Origin: Nannocystis bainbridge
GTDB taxonomy: Bacteria; Myxococcota_A; Polyangia; Nannocystales; Nannocystaceae
Direction of reading: 5' to 3'
Assembly (NCBI RefSeq): GCF_028368995.1
Contig: NZ_JAQNDL010000003.1
Coordinates: forward strand, 2,240,001 to 2,304,000
Length of the DNA stretch: 64,000 bases
Of this stretch, positions 17,361 to 26,921 are shown one piece after another (position 1 is the first letter of the stretch; each line of letters opens with the position of its first letter). The notes beneath the pieces were generated by a model that saw nothing but the letters and a program-made list of their open reading frames with translations, was not told where the DNA came from and ran no database searches. The position numbers and the translations under genes were made by a program.

Positions 17361-20027
17361 ATGGTCCGTCCCATCGAACACGCCCGCGCCAGCAAAGCTC
17401 GCCGTTACTGGTTCGCCGTCGGCGTCACCGCCGTCGCGGCCGGGCTGCGCCTGCTCGGCCACACCCTCGAGCCGCAGCCGCCGGTCCTCGTGCTCTTCAC
17501 CGGCGCCGCCAGCCTCTCCGCCTGGTACGGCGGGCTCGGCCCGGCGATGCTCACCATCGCCCTCTCGGTCTTCCTCGACTTCTGGTTCTTCGACCCGCAC
17601 CTCGCCTTCGCCCTCGATCGCTGGACCGACCTGATCGACCTCGGCATCTTCGCCCTGGTCGCCTTCGCCGTCGCCTGGCTGTGTGAATCGCTGCACGCCG
17701 CCCGGCGCGTGATGGAGGTCCGCGCGCGCGAGCTGGCGCTGGTGTCGGCCAACGAGCGGGCCTGGAAGGACCGCTACGAGGCCGCGGTGCGGGCCAGCGG
17801 TCACATCCTCTACGACGACGACCGCGCCGGCGGGCGCATCGTCTTCAGCGGCGCCTGTCTGCCGATCCTCGGCTATGGCGCCGAGGAGCTGGGCGACAGC
17901 CTCGACTGGAGCGCCCTCGTCCACCCCGAGGACCTGGCGCGCTTCTGCCTCTCGCGCCGCGCCGGCGACGGCCTCGAGGTCGAGTACCGCGTCCGTCACC
18001 GCGGCGGGCGATGGATCACCCTCCACGATGTCGGCCAGAAGCTCGTCGACGCCGAGGGCCGCGTCATCCGCGTCGTCGGCTTCCTCAAGGACGTCACCGC
18101 CCAGCGCCGCGCCGAGGCGGCCGTGCGCGCCAGCGAGGAGCGCCTCCGCCTCGCCGTCGAGGCCACCGGTCTCGGCGTCACCTCCACCGTGTTCGAAGCG
18201 GACGGCACTGTCCGCTTCGAGTGGACCCGCGAGGCCCGGCTCGCCTTCGGCGTCGAGGGCGACGGCGAGCTCACGCTCCCCGACCTGCTCGCGCGCGTGC
18301 ACCCCTGCGACGTCGCGGCCGTGCAGGCGGCCGTGCGGGCCGCGCTCGACCCCGCCGGCGACGGCACCGACAACCTCGAGTTCCGCGTCGTCCACCCCGA
18401 CGGCGGCGTGCGCTGGCTCGGCTGTCAGGGCCGCACCACGTTCGACCTCGCCGCCAGCCCGCCGCGACCGCTGCGCAACCTCGGCATCGTCCGCGACGTC
18501 ACCGAGCGGAGGACCACCGCCGAGCAGCTGGCCGAGAGCTTCGCCCTCATCGACGCCCTGGTCTTCAAGGCCCCGATCGGCATGGCCTTCATCGACCGCG
18601 GCTACCGCTTCGTCCGCGTCAACGAGAAGCTGGCCGAGTTCAACGGCATCGCCGCCGCCGAGCACATCGGCCGCACCGTCGCCGACGTCTTGCCCGACCT
18701 GTGGCCGCGGCTCGAGCCGGTCCTGCGCGACGGCCTGCGCGACGGTCGCGAGCGCGTCAACACCGAGGTCGAGGGCCCCACCGCGGCCCAGCCGGGCCGA
18801 CGCCACTGGCTCGTGAGCCAGTACCCGATCCGCGCCGGCGACCGCCTGCTCGGCATCGGCGTCACCGTCGTCGAGACCACCGACCAGAAGCGCATCGAGG
18901 CCTCCTTGCGCGAGGCCGACCAGCGCAAGGACACCTTCATCGCCACCCTCGCCCACGAGCTGCGCAACCCGCTGGCGCCGATCCGCAACGCCCTCGCGCT
19001 GCTCGGCGTCGCCCGCGACGCGCCCGAGCGGGCCGCCAGCCTCGCCGTCATCGGCCGCCAGGTCGAGCAGATGGCCCACCTCCTCGACGACCTGCTCGAC
19101 GTCTCTCGCATCACCCGCGGCCGCCTCACCCTGCGCCGCGAACTGGTCACCCTCGACGCGATCATGGCCCGCGCCGCCGAGACCGCCAACCCGTGGATCG
19201 TCGCGCGCCGCCACAGCTTCGCCGTCGACATCCCGGACGCCCCCGTCCTCCTCGACGCCGACCCGATCCGCCTCGCGCAGGTGTTCTCCAACCTCTTCAC
19301 CAACGCCGCCAAGTACACCGATCCCGGCGGCACCATTCGCGTCACCGCCAGGGTCCACGGCGAGCGCGTGCAGATCGGCGTCGCCGACACCGGGGTGGGG
19401 ATCGCCGCCCAGCACCTGCCGCGCGTGTTCGAGATGTTCTCGCAGGTCGGCCCCTGCTCGAGCCGCGGGGACGGCGGCCTCGGCATCGGCCTCGCGCTGG
19501 CCCGCGGCCTCATCGAGATGCACGGCGGCGCGATCACGGCCCACAGCCCCGGTCCCGGCCGCGGCAGCGAATTCATGGTCGAGCTGCCGCTCGCCGCCCA
19601 GGCCCACGCCAGCGGTCCCCACGCGCCGCTCGGCCCCGCGCGCGAGGGGCCGTCGACCGGCCGGCGGATCGTCGTCGCCGACGACAACGTCGACAACGCC
19701 GACACCCTGGCGATGCTGCTCGAGGCGCTCGGCCACGAGGTCTTCACCGTCTACGACGGCGAGGCGGCCGTGCGCGCGTGCGCCGAGGTCCGCCCCGACG
19801 TCGTCTTCCTCGACATCGGCATGCCGCGGCGCGACGGCTACGAGGTCTGTCGGTGGATCCGCCAGCAGCCGTGGGGCGGCGCCACGCTGGTCATCGCCCA
19901 GACCGGCTGGGGTCAGGACGAAGATCGCCGGCGCGCCGCCGCGGCCGGCTTCGATCATCACCTCACCAAGCCCGCCGACCCCGACCGGCTGCTCGCCCTG
20001 CTGGACGCGCAGCCGACGGCCGCGTGA
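17361..20027 (+). CDS. Hybrid sensor histidine kinase (DUF4118-like TM, 3 PAS, HisKA, HATPase, REC)
   Basis: LAHELRNPL, NLFTNAAKYT, DTGVGI, GLGIGL, REC VADDN..FLDIGMP..HLTKP. Confidence 0.93.
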   Translation: MVRPIEHARASKARRYWFAVGVTAVAAGLRLLGHTLEPQPPVLVLFTGAASLSAWYGGLGPAMLTIALSVFLDFWFFDPHLAFALDRWTDLIDLGIFALVAFAVAWLCESLHAARRVMEVRARELALVSANERAWKDRYEAAVRASGHILYDDDRAGGRIVFSGACLPILGYGAEELGDSLDWSALVHPEDLARFCLSRRAGDGLEVEYRVRHRGGRWITLHDVGQKLVDAEGRVIRVVGFLKDVTAQRRAEAAVRASEERLRLAVEATGLGVTSTVFEADGTVRFEWTREARLAFGVEGDGELTLPDLLARVHPCDVAAVQAAVRAALDPAGDGTDNLEFRVVHPDGGVRWLGCQGRTTFDLAASPPRPLRNLGIVRDVTERRTTAEQLAESFALIDALVFKAPIGMAFIDRGYRFVRVNEKLAEFNGIAAAEHIGRTVADVLPDLWPRLEPVLRDGLRDGRERVNTEVEGPTAAQPGRRHWLVSQYPIRAGDRLLGIGVTVVETTDQKRIEASLREADQRKDTFIATLAHELRNPLAPIRNALALLGVARDAPERAASLAVIGRQVEQMAHLLDDLLDVSRITRGRLTLRRELVTLDAIMARAAETANPWIVARRHSFAVDIPDAPVLLDADPIRLAQVFSNLFTNAAKYTDPGGTIRVTARVHGERVQIGVADTGVGIAAQHLPRVFEMFSQVGPCSSRGDGGLGIGLALARGLIEMHGGAITAHSPGPGRGSEFMVELPLAAQAHASGPHAPLGPAREGPSTGRRIVVADDNVDNADTLAMLLEALGHEVFTVYDGEAAVRACAEVRPDVVFLDIGMPRRDGYEVCRWIRQQPWGGATLVIAQTGWGQDEDRRRAAAAGFDHHLTKPADPDRLLALLDAQPTAA

Positions 20028-20066
20028 TGACATGTCCCGAAGGACATATCATCAATCACCGCCGCC

Positions 20067-20732
20067 TCAGAAGCGGCCGCCGAGCATGAACGTCCCGCCG
20101 TCGAGGAACGGCGTCGGCGCCATGTTGGCGCGCAGGCGGGTGCGGCCGAGCCTGAAGCCGTCGACGTCGGCCACGCGCTGGGCCTTGCCGTCGTTGACGA
20201 ACATGATCGTGCCGGCGATGCCCATCGCCAGGCCGGCGATCTGGACCAGGCCCGGCAGGGCCATGAACACCTTGGGCGTGATCGCCTCGGTGCGCAGGTA
20301 CGGGATCGTCATGAACGGCCCGATCAGCGGGATCAGCGAGAAGCCGGCCGCGCGCCGACAGTTGGGCGCGTCGGCGATGCTGCAGGTGTCGTGAATGATG
20401 CCGGCGACCAGCGCCGTGAACAGGTACGACGAGCCGAACATGGTCCAGCCGGCGATCATCAGCGCCTTGCGGCGCTTGGGCGGCGGCTGCGGCGGCGGAG
20501 CGTACATGGTGCCGGCGGCCGGCCCCTCGGGCGCCGGCGCGGTCGCGCTGGGATCGGCGTAGGGTTGCGGCGCCGCGGCGGGATCCTCGGCCGATGCGGC
20601 CTCGGGCGCGGCCGGATCTTGCGCCGTGGCTGACCAGGAGGCCAGGGTCGAACGGACAGGCGCGGCCGCGGCCTCGGGACATACGAGCGACGCGGCGACG
20701 ACGACGGCGAGGGGCAGGGCGGTGCGGTGCAT
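20067..20732 (-). CDS. Exported protein with hydrophobic segments and terminal ..GGTFMLGGRF strand
   Basis: Signal peptide, Pro/Ala linker, hydrophobic helices, C-terminal Phe as in gene 11040-11903. Confidence 0.75.
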   Translation of the reverse strand: MHRTALPLAVVVAASLVCPEAAAAPVRSTLASWSATAQDPAAPEAASAEDPAAAPQPYADPSATAPAPEGPAAGTMYAPPPQPPPKRRKALMIAGWTMFGSSYLFTALVAGIIHDTCSIADAPNCRRAAGFSLIPLIGPFMTIPYLRTEAITPKVFMALPGLVQIAGLAMGIAGTIMFVNDGKAQRVADVDGFRLGRTRLRANMAPTPFLDGGTFMLGGRF

Positions 20733-21122
20733 TCGGGTTCCTGTGGTCTGCAGCCTAAAGCCCGCCCCGGCAAGGCGTAAACGCGAATCGACCTGCGCAG
20801 TGCGCGGGGCCCCGGCTTCGTCGCACTTTCGCACTGTTCATAATCCTCCCCTGCGCCCCGGGCCGGCGTCCATTCCCTGTCCCAAGGGCCAGGTATCCGA
20901 ATGACGTTCTCCCCGCTGAGGTCGCCGCCGCGGCCGCGACCGAACGACTCTGCGCGGATCTGCGGGAGACCTCCTGCGCGCCCTCGCACGGCCCAGCGCG
21001 CCAGCGCAAGACGCGCGGAACTCCACTTCCGAGGTTCATGGGCCGCGCTTGGAATCGCCGTACTCGCGACCTGCTCTCGCGGGGGGCTGTGACCCGAGCG
21101 AGCGGAGGCGTAGCATCGTGCG

Positions 21123-21737
21123 ATGCGCTGCGCGTGCTCCTTGCTGGCCCTCTTCCTTGCATCCGGCTGCAGCGACGACGGTGGGGGCACCACCTCGCAG
21201 ACCTCGCAGTCCACCGTTGCGAGCGCCACCACCTCCACATCGAACGACGCGACTTCGGGCGGCATGCCGACCAGCACCGGCGGCACGACCGGCACCACGG
21301 CCGAGCCCGGTAGTACGGGTTCTAGCGGCGTCAGCAGCGAGATCTCCTCGACCTCCGCCGCTTCCACCACCACCGGCCCCGGCGCCACCACCGACGATCC
21401 CGCCTGTCCCCCGGTCAAGGGCGAGTACAACGATTGCACCGACCCGCGCGGCGACATCGACAACAAGGCGTGCAAATGGATGGGTGACGGCGAGAACGGC
21501 TTCATCACTTGTCTGAACGCGGCAGGCATGACGGGCGCCTCCACCTGTTCGCTCATCAACTGCGAGCTCGACTGTCACTGCTTCGACGCCCCCGCGACTG
21601 GCACCGCGACCAGCATTTGCAAGCCGAACGCCACCGACAAGGGTGACAGCGCCTGCGTGCTCGACTGCTCGGACGGCGCCACCTGCCCTGACGGCATGGT
21701 CTGCGACAACGACACCTGCTTCTGGCCGGCCCCGTGA
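21123..21737 (+). CDS. Ser/Thr-rich, Cys-rich lipoprotein
   Basis: Lipobox ASGC; C-terminal CVLDCSDGATCPDGMVC. Confidence 0.85.
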   Translation: MRCACSLLALFLASGCSDDGGGTTSQTSQSTVASATTSTSNDATSGGMPTSTGGTTGTTAEPGSTGSSGVSSEISSTSAASTTTGPGATTDDPACPPVKGEYNDCTDPRGDIDNKACKWMGDGENGFITCLNAAGMTGASTCSLINCELDCHCFDAPATGTATSICKPNATDKGDSACVLDCSDGATCPDGMVCDNDTCFWPAP

Positions 21738-22171
21738 TCGCCGTGCGTCGCCCGCTGCTCCTCCTCGCGTTCGCTCTCGGCTGCCCGCATCTGGTCCCGC
21801 CTGCCGCGCCGAAGGAGAACGGTCTACCGGCCGTCGACCCCCGCGAGCAGCCGCTCCCCGAGCCCGTGCGGGTCGCCTCGGCCCGGGCCCACGGTGGTTG
21901 CGACACCGGGGCCCAGTGCGTCGAGCACCTCGACCCCGACCATTCGGCCGACGACGGCCGTCGCACCTGCGAGCAGGACGGCGCTCGCTGGCTCACCGGC
22001 GCCTGCCCGCACCGCCGGGCCCACAGCGCCTGCATCACCACCTATTTCCTCGTGTTCGACTACGGCAAGCTGCGCGCCGACGAGTTCGGCAACCCGCTCC
22101 ACCGCGACCTCGCCGGCGCCCGTGAGGCCTGCTTGCGCGAGCAGGGCGAGTTCTACGAGCTCACCCCGTGA
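21734..22171 (+). CDS. Small Cys-containing lipoprotein
   Basis: Lipobox ALGC; GTGA overlap with the upstream stop. Confidence 0.75.
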   Translation: MIAVRRPLLLLAFALGCPHLVPPAAPKENGLPAVDPREQPLPEPVRVASARAHGGCDTGAQCVEHLDPDHSADDGRRTCEQDGARWLTGACPHRRAHSACITTYFLVFDYGKLRADEFGNPLHRDLAGAREACLREQGEFYELTP

Positions 22172-22187
22172 GCGCTCGAGCATGAAT

Positions 22188-22233
22188 GACATGTCCCTCA
22201 CGACATGTCCTTCATGACATGTCCCCGTCGCCA
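22188..22233. repeat. Phased 14-bp TGTC-N6-GACA array (3 units)
   Basis: GACA|TGTCCCTCACGACA|TGTCCTTCATGACA|TGTCCCCGTCGCCA. Confidence 0.85.
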
Positions 22234-22425
22234 TCTCGCTGTCCGCATCGGCCACCTCGTGCGCCCCGGGTCTCGCACGCGCCGATGACCCGTCCCGCGA
22301 GACAGCCCCCGTCACCTCCCGGAGCCCCTGCCGCGACCGGCCGCCGCCCGGCCCGACTCCGGCATGCGCGGTCCCGCTTGACGCGCGGCTGCGCTCATTG
22401 TAGACCACTGAACGGAAGATCAGCC

Positions 22426-22869
22426 ATGCACGACAGCGACCTCGCCGATCCCGTCTCCCCCGCGCTTCTCGACCTCCTGGCCCTCTTCGAGGGCCCGCTC
22501 GCCGACGTTCAGTTCCCCGGCGTCGACCAGGGCACGCTCCGGGGCCTCGTCGATCAGGTGCGCGGACACGCGCAGGAGCTCGACCAGATGCGGGCCCAGC
22601 TCGACGCCCTCCACAACCACCTCGCCGAGGCCCGCCTGCGCCTGCTCCGCACCGCCGAGCAGGGCCTGGCGTACGCCCGGGTGTTCGCCGCCGACGACCC
22701 GGAGCTCGAGTCGAGGTTGGCCGACATCAACCTCGGCGGCAAGCCCGAGCCGCGCCGGCGCAAGCTCGAAGTCGCGGCCGCCGATTCCGGCAACAACGAG
22801 CCCCTGCGTTTGCCGCCGCGCCGCGGTCGCAAGCCCCGCGCCGCCGAGGAGGCCCCGACTGGTTCGTGA
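22426..22869 (+). CDS. Hypothetical coiled-coil protein with basic RRGRKPR tail
   Basis: Normal GC3 bias; LADVQFPGVD, heptad region, GLAYARVFA, AT-hook-like tail. Confidence 0.7.
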   Translation: MHDSDLADPVSPALLDLLALFEGPLADVQFPGVDQGTLRGLVDQVRGHAQELDQMRAQLDALHNHLAEARLRLLRTAEQGLAYARVFAADDPELESRLADINLGGKPEPRRRKLEVAAADSGNNEPLRLPPRRGRKPRAAEEAPTGS

Positions 22870-22907
22870 TGGCCCGCGGCCATCGTCCGGATGGTAGAAC
22901 CCCGCCC

Positions 22908-24092
22908 GTGACCTACGCCGAGCTGCGCGCCGCACTCCGCCACGAGCACCTCCCGCTCGCCTACTGCGACCTCGACCTGCTCGAGGCCAACGCCCGCAGC
23001 CTCGTCGAGCGCGCCGGCAGCTTGCCGATCCGCCTCGCCTCCAAGTCGGTCCGCTGCCGCGACATCCTCCGCCGCGTGCAGGCGCTGAGCCCCGTGTTCC
23101 AGGGCATCCTCTGCTACAGCGCCGCCGAGGCCGCCCACCTGGCCGCCGACGACTTCAAAGATCTGGTCGTCGCCTACCCGACGGTCGATCGCCACGACCT
23201 CGACCTCGCCTGCACGGCGATCGCCGGCGGCGCGGAGATCTGTCTGATGGTCGACGACCCGCTGCAGCTGCCGTTCCTGTCCGAGGCGGCCACCCGGGCC
23301 GAGGTCACGCTGCCGGTGGCGATCGACCTCGACATGTCCTCGACCTTGCCCGGCATCCACTTCGGCGTGCGGCGCTCGCCGGTGACGGAGGTCGACACCG
23401 CGGTGGCCCTCGCCGACGCCATCGCCGGCACCCCGAACCTCCGCCTCGACGGCCTGATGGGCTACGAGGCCCAGCTGGCCGGCCTGCAGGATCTGCTGCC
23501 GGGCCAGCGGCTCAAGAGCGCCGCCGTGCGGGCGCTGAAGCGCCGCTCGCAGCCGGAGGTGTTCGCCCGTCGGGCCGCCGTCGTCGCCGCCATCAAGGCC
23601 CGCGGCCACGAGCTGCGGTTCGTCAACGGCGGCGGCACTGGCAGCCTCGAGCAGACCCGCACCGACGCCGCGGTCACCGAGCTCGCGGCCGGCTCCGGCC
23701 TGTACGGCCCGACCCTGTTCGACGGCTACGACAGCTTTCGGCCGCAACCGGCCGCCGGCTTCGCGTTGCCGATCGTGCGGCGGCCGACCCCGAACATCTA
23801 CACCTGCTTCGGCGGCGGTTACATCGCCTCCGGCAGCCCCGGCCGCGATCGGCAACCGACCCCCTTCTTGCCGCCCGGCGCCGGCCTGCTCGCCAACGAG
23901 GGCTGCGGCGAGGTCCAGACCCCCGTGACCTACCCCGGCCCCGAGCTGCTGGCGCTCGGCGACCCGATCTTCTTCCGCCACGCCAAGGCCGGCGAGCTGT
24001 GCGAGCACTTCCCCGAGCTGGTGCTGCTCGCCGGCGCCGCTGTGGTCGGCCGCGCCCCCACCTATCGCGGCGACGGCAAGAGCTTCGTCTGA
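22908..24092 (+). CDS. PLP-dependent fold-III enzyme (DSD1/alanine racemase-like amino-acid deaminase/aldolase)
   Basis: IRLASKSVRC (PLP Lys), GLMGYEAQ, VNGGGTGS, GEVQTP, FRHAKAGELCEHF. Confidence 0.9.
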   Translation: MTYAELRAALRHEHLPLAYCDLDLLEANARSLVERAGSLPIRLASKSVRCRDILRRVQALSPVFQGILCYSAAEAAHLAADDFKDLVVAYPTVDRHDLDLACTAIAGGAEICLMVDDPLQLPFLSEAATRAEVTLPVAIDLDMSSTLPGIHFGVRRSPVTEVDTAVALADAIAGTPNLRLDGLMGYEAQLAGLQDLLPGQRLKSAAVRALKRRSQPEVFARRAAVVAAIKARGHELRFVNGGGTGSLEQTRTDAAVTELAAGSGLYGPTLFDGYDSFRPQPAAGFALPIVRRPTPNIYTCFGGGYIASGSPGRDRQPTPFLPPGAGLLANEGCGEVQTPVTYPGPELLALGDPIFFRHAKAGELCEHFPELVLLAGAAVVGRAPTYRGDGKSFV

Positions 24093-24529
24093 CCCGGTAG
24101 CGACCGCCGCGAGACGAGGCCAGGTCGCTCAGGCGAGCACCCGTTCAAGCCGGCCGACCCTCCCGTCGCCCCGACGATTCCCGCCGCGAAGCCGCCGGAT
24201 CGCCCGACCGCGGCAAGGCGAGCGCTCGCCTGACCCGGCCGACTCTCCTGTCGGCCCGACGACTCCCACCACGAGGCCGCCGGGTCGCCCGCACCGAGGC
24301 GAGCCTGTGTCCAACCCGGCCGAGCTCTCGTCGCGCGATGTTTCACGCCGCAAGGGCCGCAGCGTCCGAGCCCTCCGACGCCTGCGCCGCGCAAGCAACT
24401 CGAGGCGTCCTCAGGCTGCTCCGCTTCGCCGCAGCGACTGCGTCCCGCGGGACCGGTGATTGTCTCAGTTTCGTCGGCGCGCCCCCGCGGCTTCGTCCGC
24501 GTCGGCCCGCCTGATATCATCCGCTGGCG

Positions 24530-25831
24530 ATGTTCGGGCGCAAGCAATGGTCCAATTGGTCGGGCGGCGTCACCTGTCGTCCGGGCCAGTTCGTGGTCCC
24601 GAGCACCGTCGAAGCCCTCAGCGACCTGGTCCGAGAGACAGCCGGCGCCAACGGCAAGCTGCGGGTCGTCGGCGCCGGCCACTCCTTCAGCCCGGTCGTC
24701 GCCACCGAGCACACCCTCGTCTCGCTGGCGCGGATCCGCGGCCTCGCCGAGGTCGACCGCGAAGCCGGCGCCGCCACCGTGCTGGCCGGCACCACGATCC
24801 GCGACCTCGGCGGCCTGCTCGGCAAGCACGGCCTCGCGCTCGAGAACCAGGGCGACATCGACAGCCAGGCGATCGCCGGGGCCGTCAGCACCGGCACCCA
24901 CGGCACCGGCATCGCCTTCGGCAGCATCAGCACCCAGGTCCGCGCCCTCACCCTCGTGCTCGCGACCGGCGAGCTGCTGCCTTGCTCGCCGACGCAGGAG
25001 CCCGAGATCTTCAAGGCCGCCCAGGTCGCTCTCGGCAGCCTCGGGGTGCTGGCGCGGGTCCGCCTGCAGTGCGTGCCGAGCTACGTGCTCCGCGACGTCC
25101 GCAAGAACGTCGACCTCGCGCAGTGCCTGGCCGACTTCGAGGACAGCTGCCGGCGCCACCGCCACTTCGAGTTCTGGTGGTTCCCCTACAGCGACCGCGC
25201 CGCCACCAAGGCGCTCGACATCGTCGCCACCCCGAAGCCGCGCTCCGTCGTCAAGCGCGTGCTCGCCGACAAGCTGCTCGAGACCGGCGTGTTCTGGGCC
25301 GCCTCCGAGGCCGTGCGGCTGTTCCCCGGCCTCTCGCGCCCGGTCGCCCGCTTCGCCGCGCGGGCCATCTCCGAGGCCGACCACGCCGACCACAGCCACC
25401 GCGTGTTCCCCAGCCCCCGCGACGTCCGCTTCAACGAGATGGAGTACGCGGTCCCGGTCGAGCGCGGCCCCGACTGCCTGCGCGAGCTCAAGGCGTACAT
25501 CGAGCGCGACCGCGTCAATGTCCACTTCCCCGTCGAGTACCGCGTGGTCGCCGGCGACGACATCTGGCTGAGCCCGTTCTACCGCCGCGACAGCGCCGTG
25601 ATCTCGGTGCACATGTACGCCGGCATGCCGTACGCCGACTACTTCGCCGGCTGCGAGGCGATCTTCCGCAACCACCGCGGCCGCCCGCACTGGGGCAAGC
25701 TCCACGGCCTGACCGCACATGAACTTCAGGACATGTACCCGGAATGGCACCGCTTCCACGCCGTCCGCCGCCGCCTCGACCCCCGCGGCGTGTTCATGAA
25801 CGACCATTTGACGAGGATCTTCGGCGCCTGA
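24530..25831 (+). CDS. FAD-linked oxidase, D-arabinono-1,4-lactone/L-gulonolactone oxidase family
   Basis: WSNWSG, VGAGHSFS, STGTHGTG, FNEMEYAVP, FPVEYR, GRPHWGK. Confidence 0.92.
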   Translation: MFGRKQWSNWSGGVTCRPGQFVVPSTVEALSDLVRETAGANGKLRVVGAGHSFSPVVATEHTLVSLARIRGLAEVDREAGAATVLAGTTIRDLGGLLGKHGLALENQGDIDSQAIAGAVSTGTHGTGIAFGSISTQVRALTLVLATGELLPCSPTQEPEIFKAAQVALGSLGVLARVRLQCVPSYVLRDVRKNVDLAQCLADFEDSCRRHRHFEFWWFPYSDRAATKALDIVATPKPRSVVKRVLADKLLETGVFWAASEAVRLFPGLSRPVARFAARAISEADHADHSHRVFPSPRDVRFNEMEYAVPVERGPDCLRELKAYIERDRVNVHFPVEYRVVAGDDIWLSPFYRRDSAVISVHMYAGMPYADYFAGCEAIFRNHRGRPHWGKLHGLTAHELQDMYPEWHRFHAVRRRLDPRGVFMNDHLTRIFGA

Positions 25832-25854
25832 TTTGCCCGGCACGGCGAATCCGC

Positions 25855-25975
25855 GACATGTCCTGAAGGCCAGATTACCAGCCTTTTCGCTTGGACATGT
25901 CCCGAGCGACATGTCACCCGAAGGCCAGCTCACCGGCCTCGCCTGCCCGCATAGACATGTCCCAAAAGCCATGTC
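25855..25975. repeat. Cluster of TGTC-N6-GACA-like units
   Basis: TGTCCTGAAGGCCA 25859; TGTCCCGAGCGACA 25898; TGTCCCAAAAGCCA 25958; each preceded by GACA. Confidence 0.8.
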
Positions 25976-26062
25976 ACCGCCTCATCACATCCGCCCCTGC
26001 GCGCCCTCGCGCCATGCGCTCGCGCCCTTGATCTCGCCTCCGCCTGCGGCGACCATGATCGG

Positions 26063-26755
26063 GTGAAGCTCGTCTGGTCGCTCATCGCCGGCCTCGGCGG
26101 CCTGTTCTTCGCGGTCGGCCTCACCCTGCTGATCGTCAACCAGCGGTTCTACGGCAGCGCGCGGCGGACCGACGGCGAGGTCGTCCACCTCCGCTTCAGC
26201 AACAAGGGCAGCGCTGCGCCCGACGTGGCCTACACCGACCACCTGGGCCGCGAGCACCTCCACAGCTCCAACGTCTACTCCAAGCCCGCGTATCGGGTCG
26301 GCGAGCCCGTCACGATCGCCTTCGACCCCGACGACCCCGGCGACGCCGCGATCGACAGCCTCACCCAGCGCTGGCTGTTGCCCGGCATCTTCGGGTGCAT
26401 CGGCCTCGTCCACCTCGGCATCGGCTCGACCTTCCTGCTGCTCCGCTCCCGCCGCAAGCGCGAGATCGCCAGGCTCTTGCGCGAGGGCCAGCGCGTCGAC
26501 GCCCCCATCGTCGAGATTGCCCACAACACCAGCATCCGCGTCAATCGCAGGAGCCCGTGGGTCATCCGCTGCGAGGTCACCTTGCCCGGCGAAGCGACCG
26601 CCCGTCGCTTCGTCAGCCGGCGCTTCTGGAACGACCCTCGCCCGCACCTGCGCGGGCGCAGCCTGCCCGTCTGTTACGACCCCCGCGATCCTTCACGCCA
26701 CGTCGTCGACACCGGCGACCTCGATCCGGGCCGCGCCTTCGAGCGCCGCGGCTGA
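26063..26755 (+). CDS. DUF3592-family membrane protein
   Basis: TM-OB-like-TM layout; YRVGEPVTIAFDPDDP; second module VCYDPRDP. Confidence 0.8.
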   Translation: MKLVWSLIAGLGGLFFAVGLTLLIVNQRFYGSARRTDGEVVHLRFSNKGSAAPDVAYTDHLGREHLHSSNVYSKPAYRVGEPVTIAFDPDDPGDAAIDSLTQRWLLPGIFGCIGLVHLGIGSTFLLLRSRRKREIARLLREGQRVDAPIVEIAHNTSIRVNRRSPWVIRCEVTLPGEATARRFVSRRFWNDPRPHLRGRSLPVCYDPRDPSRHVVDTGDLDPGRAFERRG

Positions 26756-26921
26756 CAGCAGCCACGCGAGCGGACGGCGCTGGCCGCCTCGGCCGGTGCG
26801 ACGCGTCACCCATCCGCCGAGCCACGCGCGGCCTCGACCTCGTGCACGCGCATGCGGCCCGACGCCGCACCTCCCGCCGCCCCGCGTTGACGCCGGCCCG
26901 GGTGCGGCGCACGCTCCCTGC

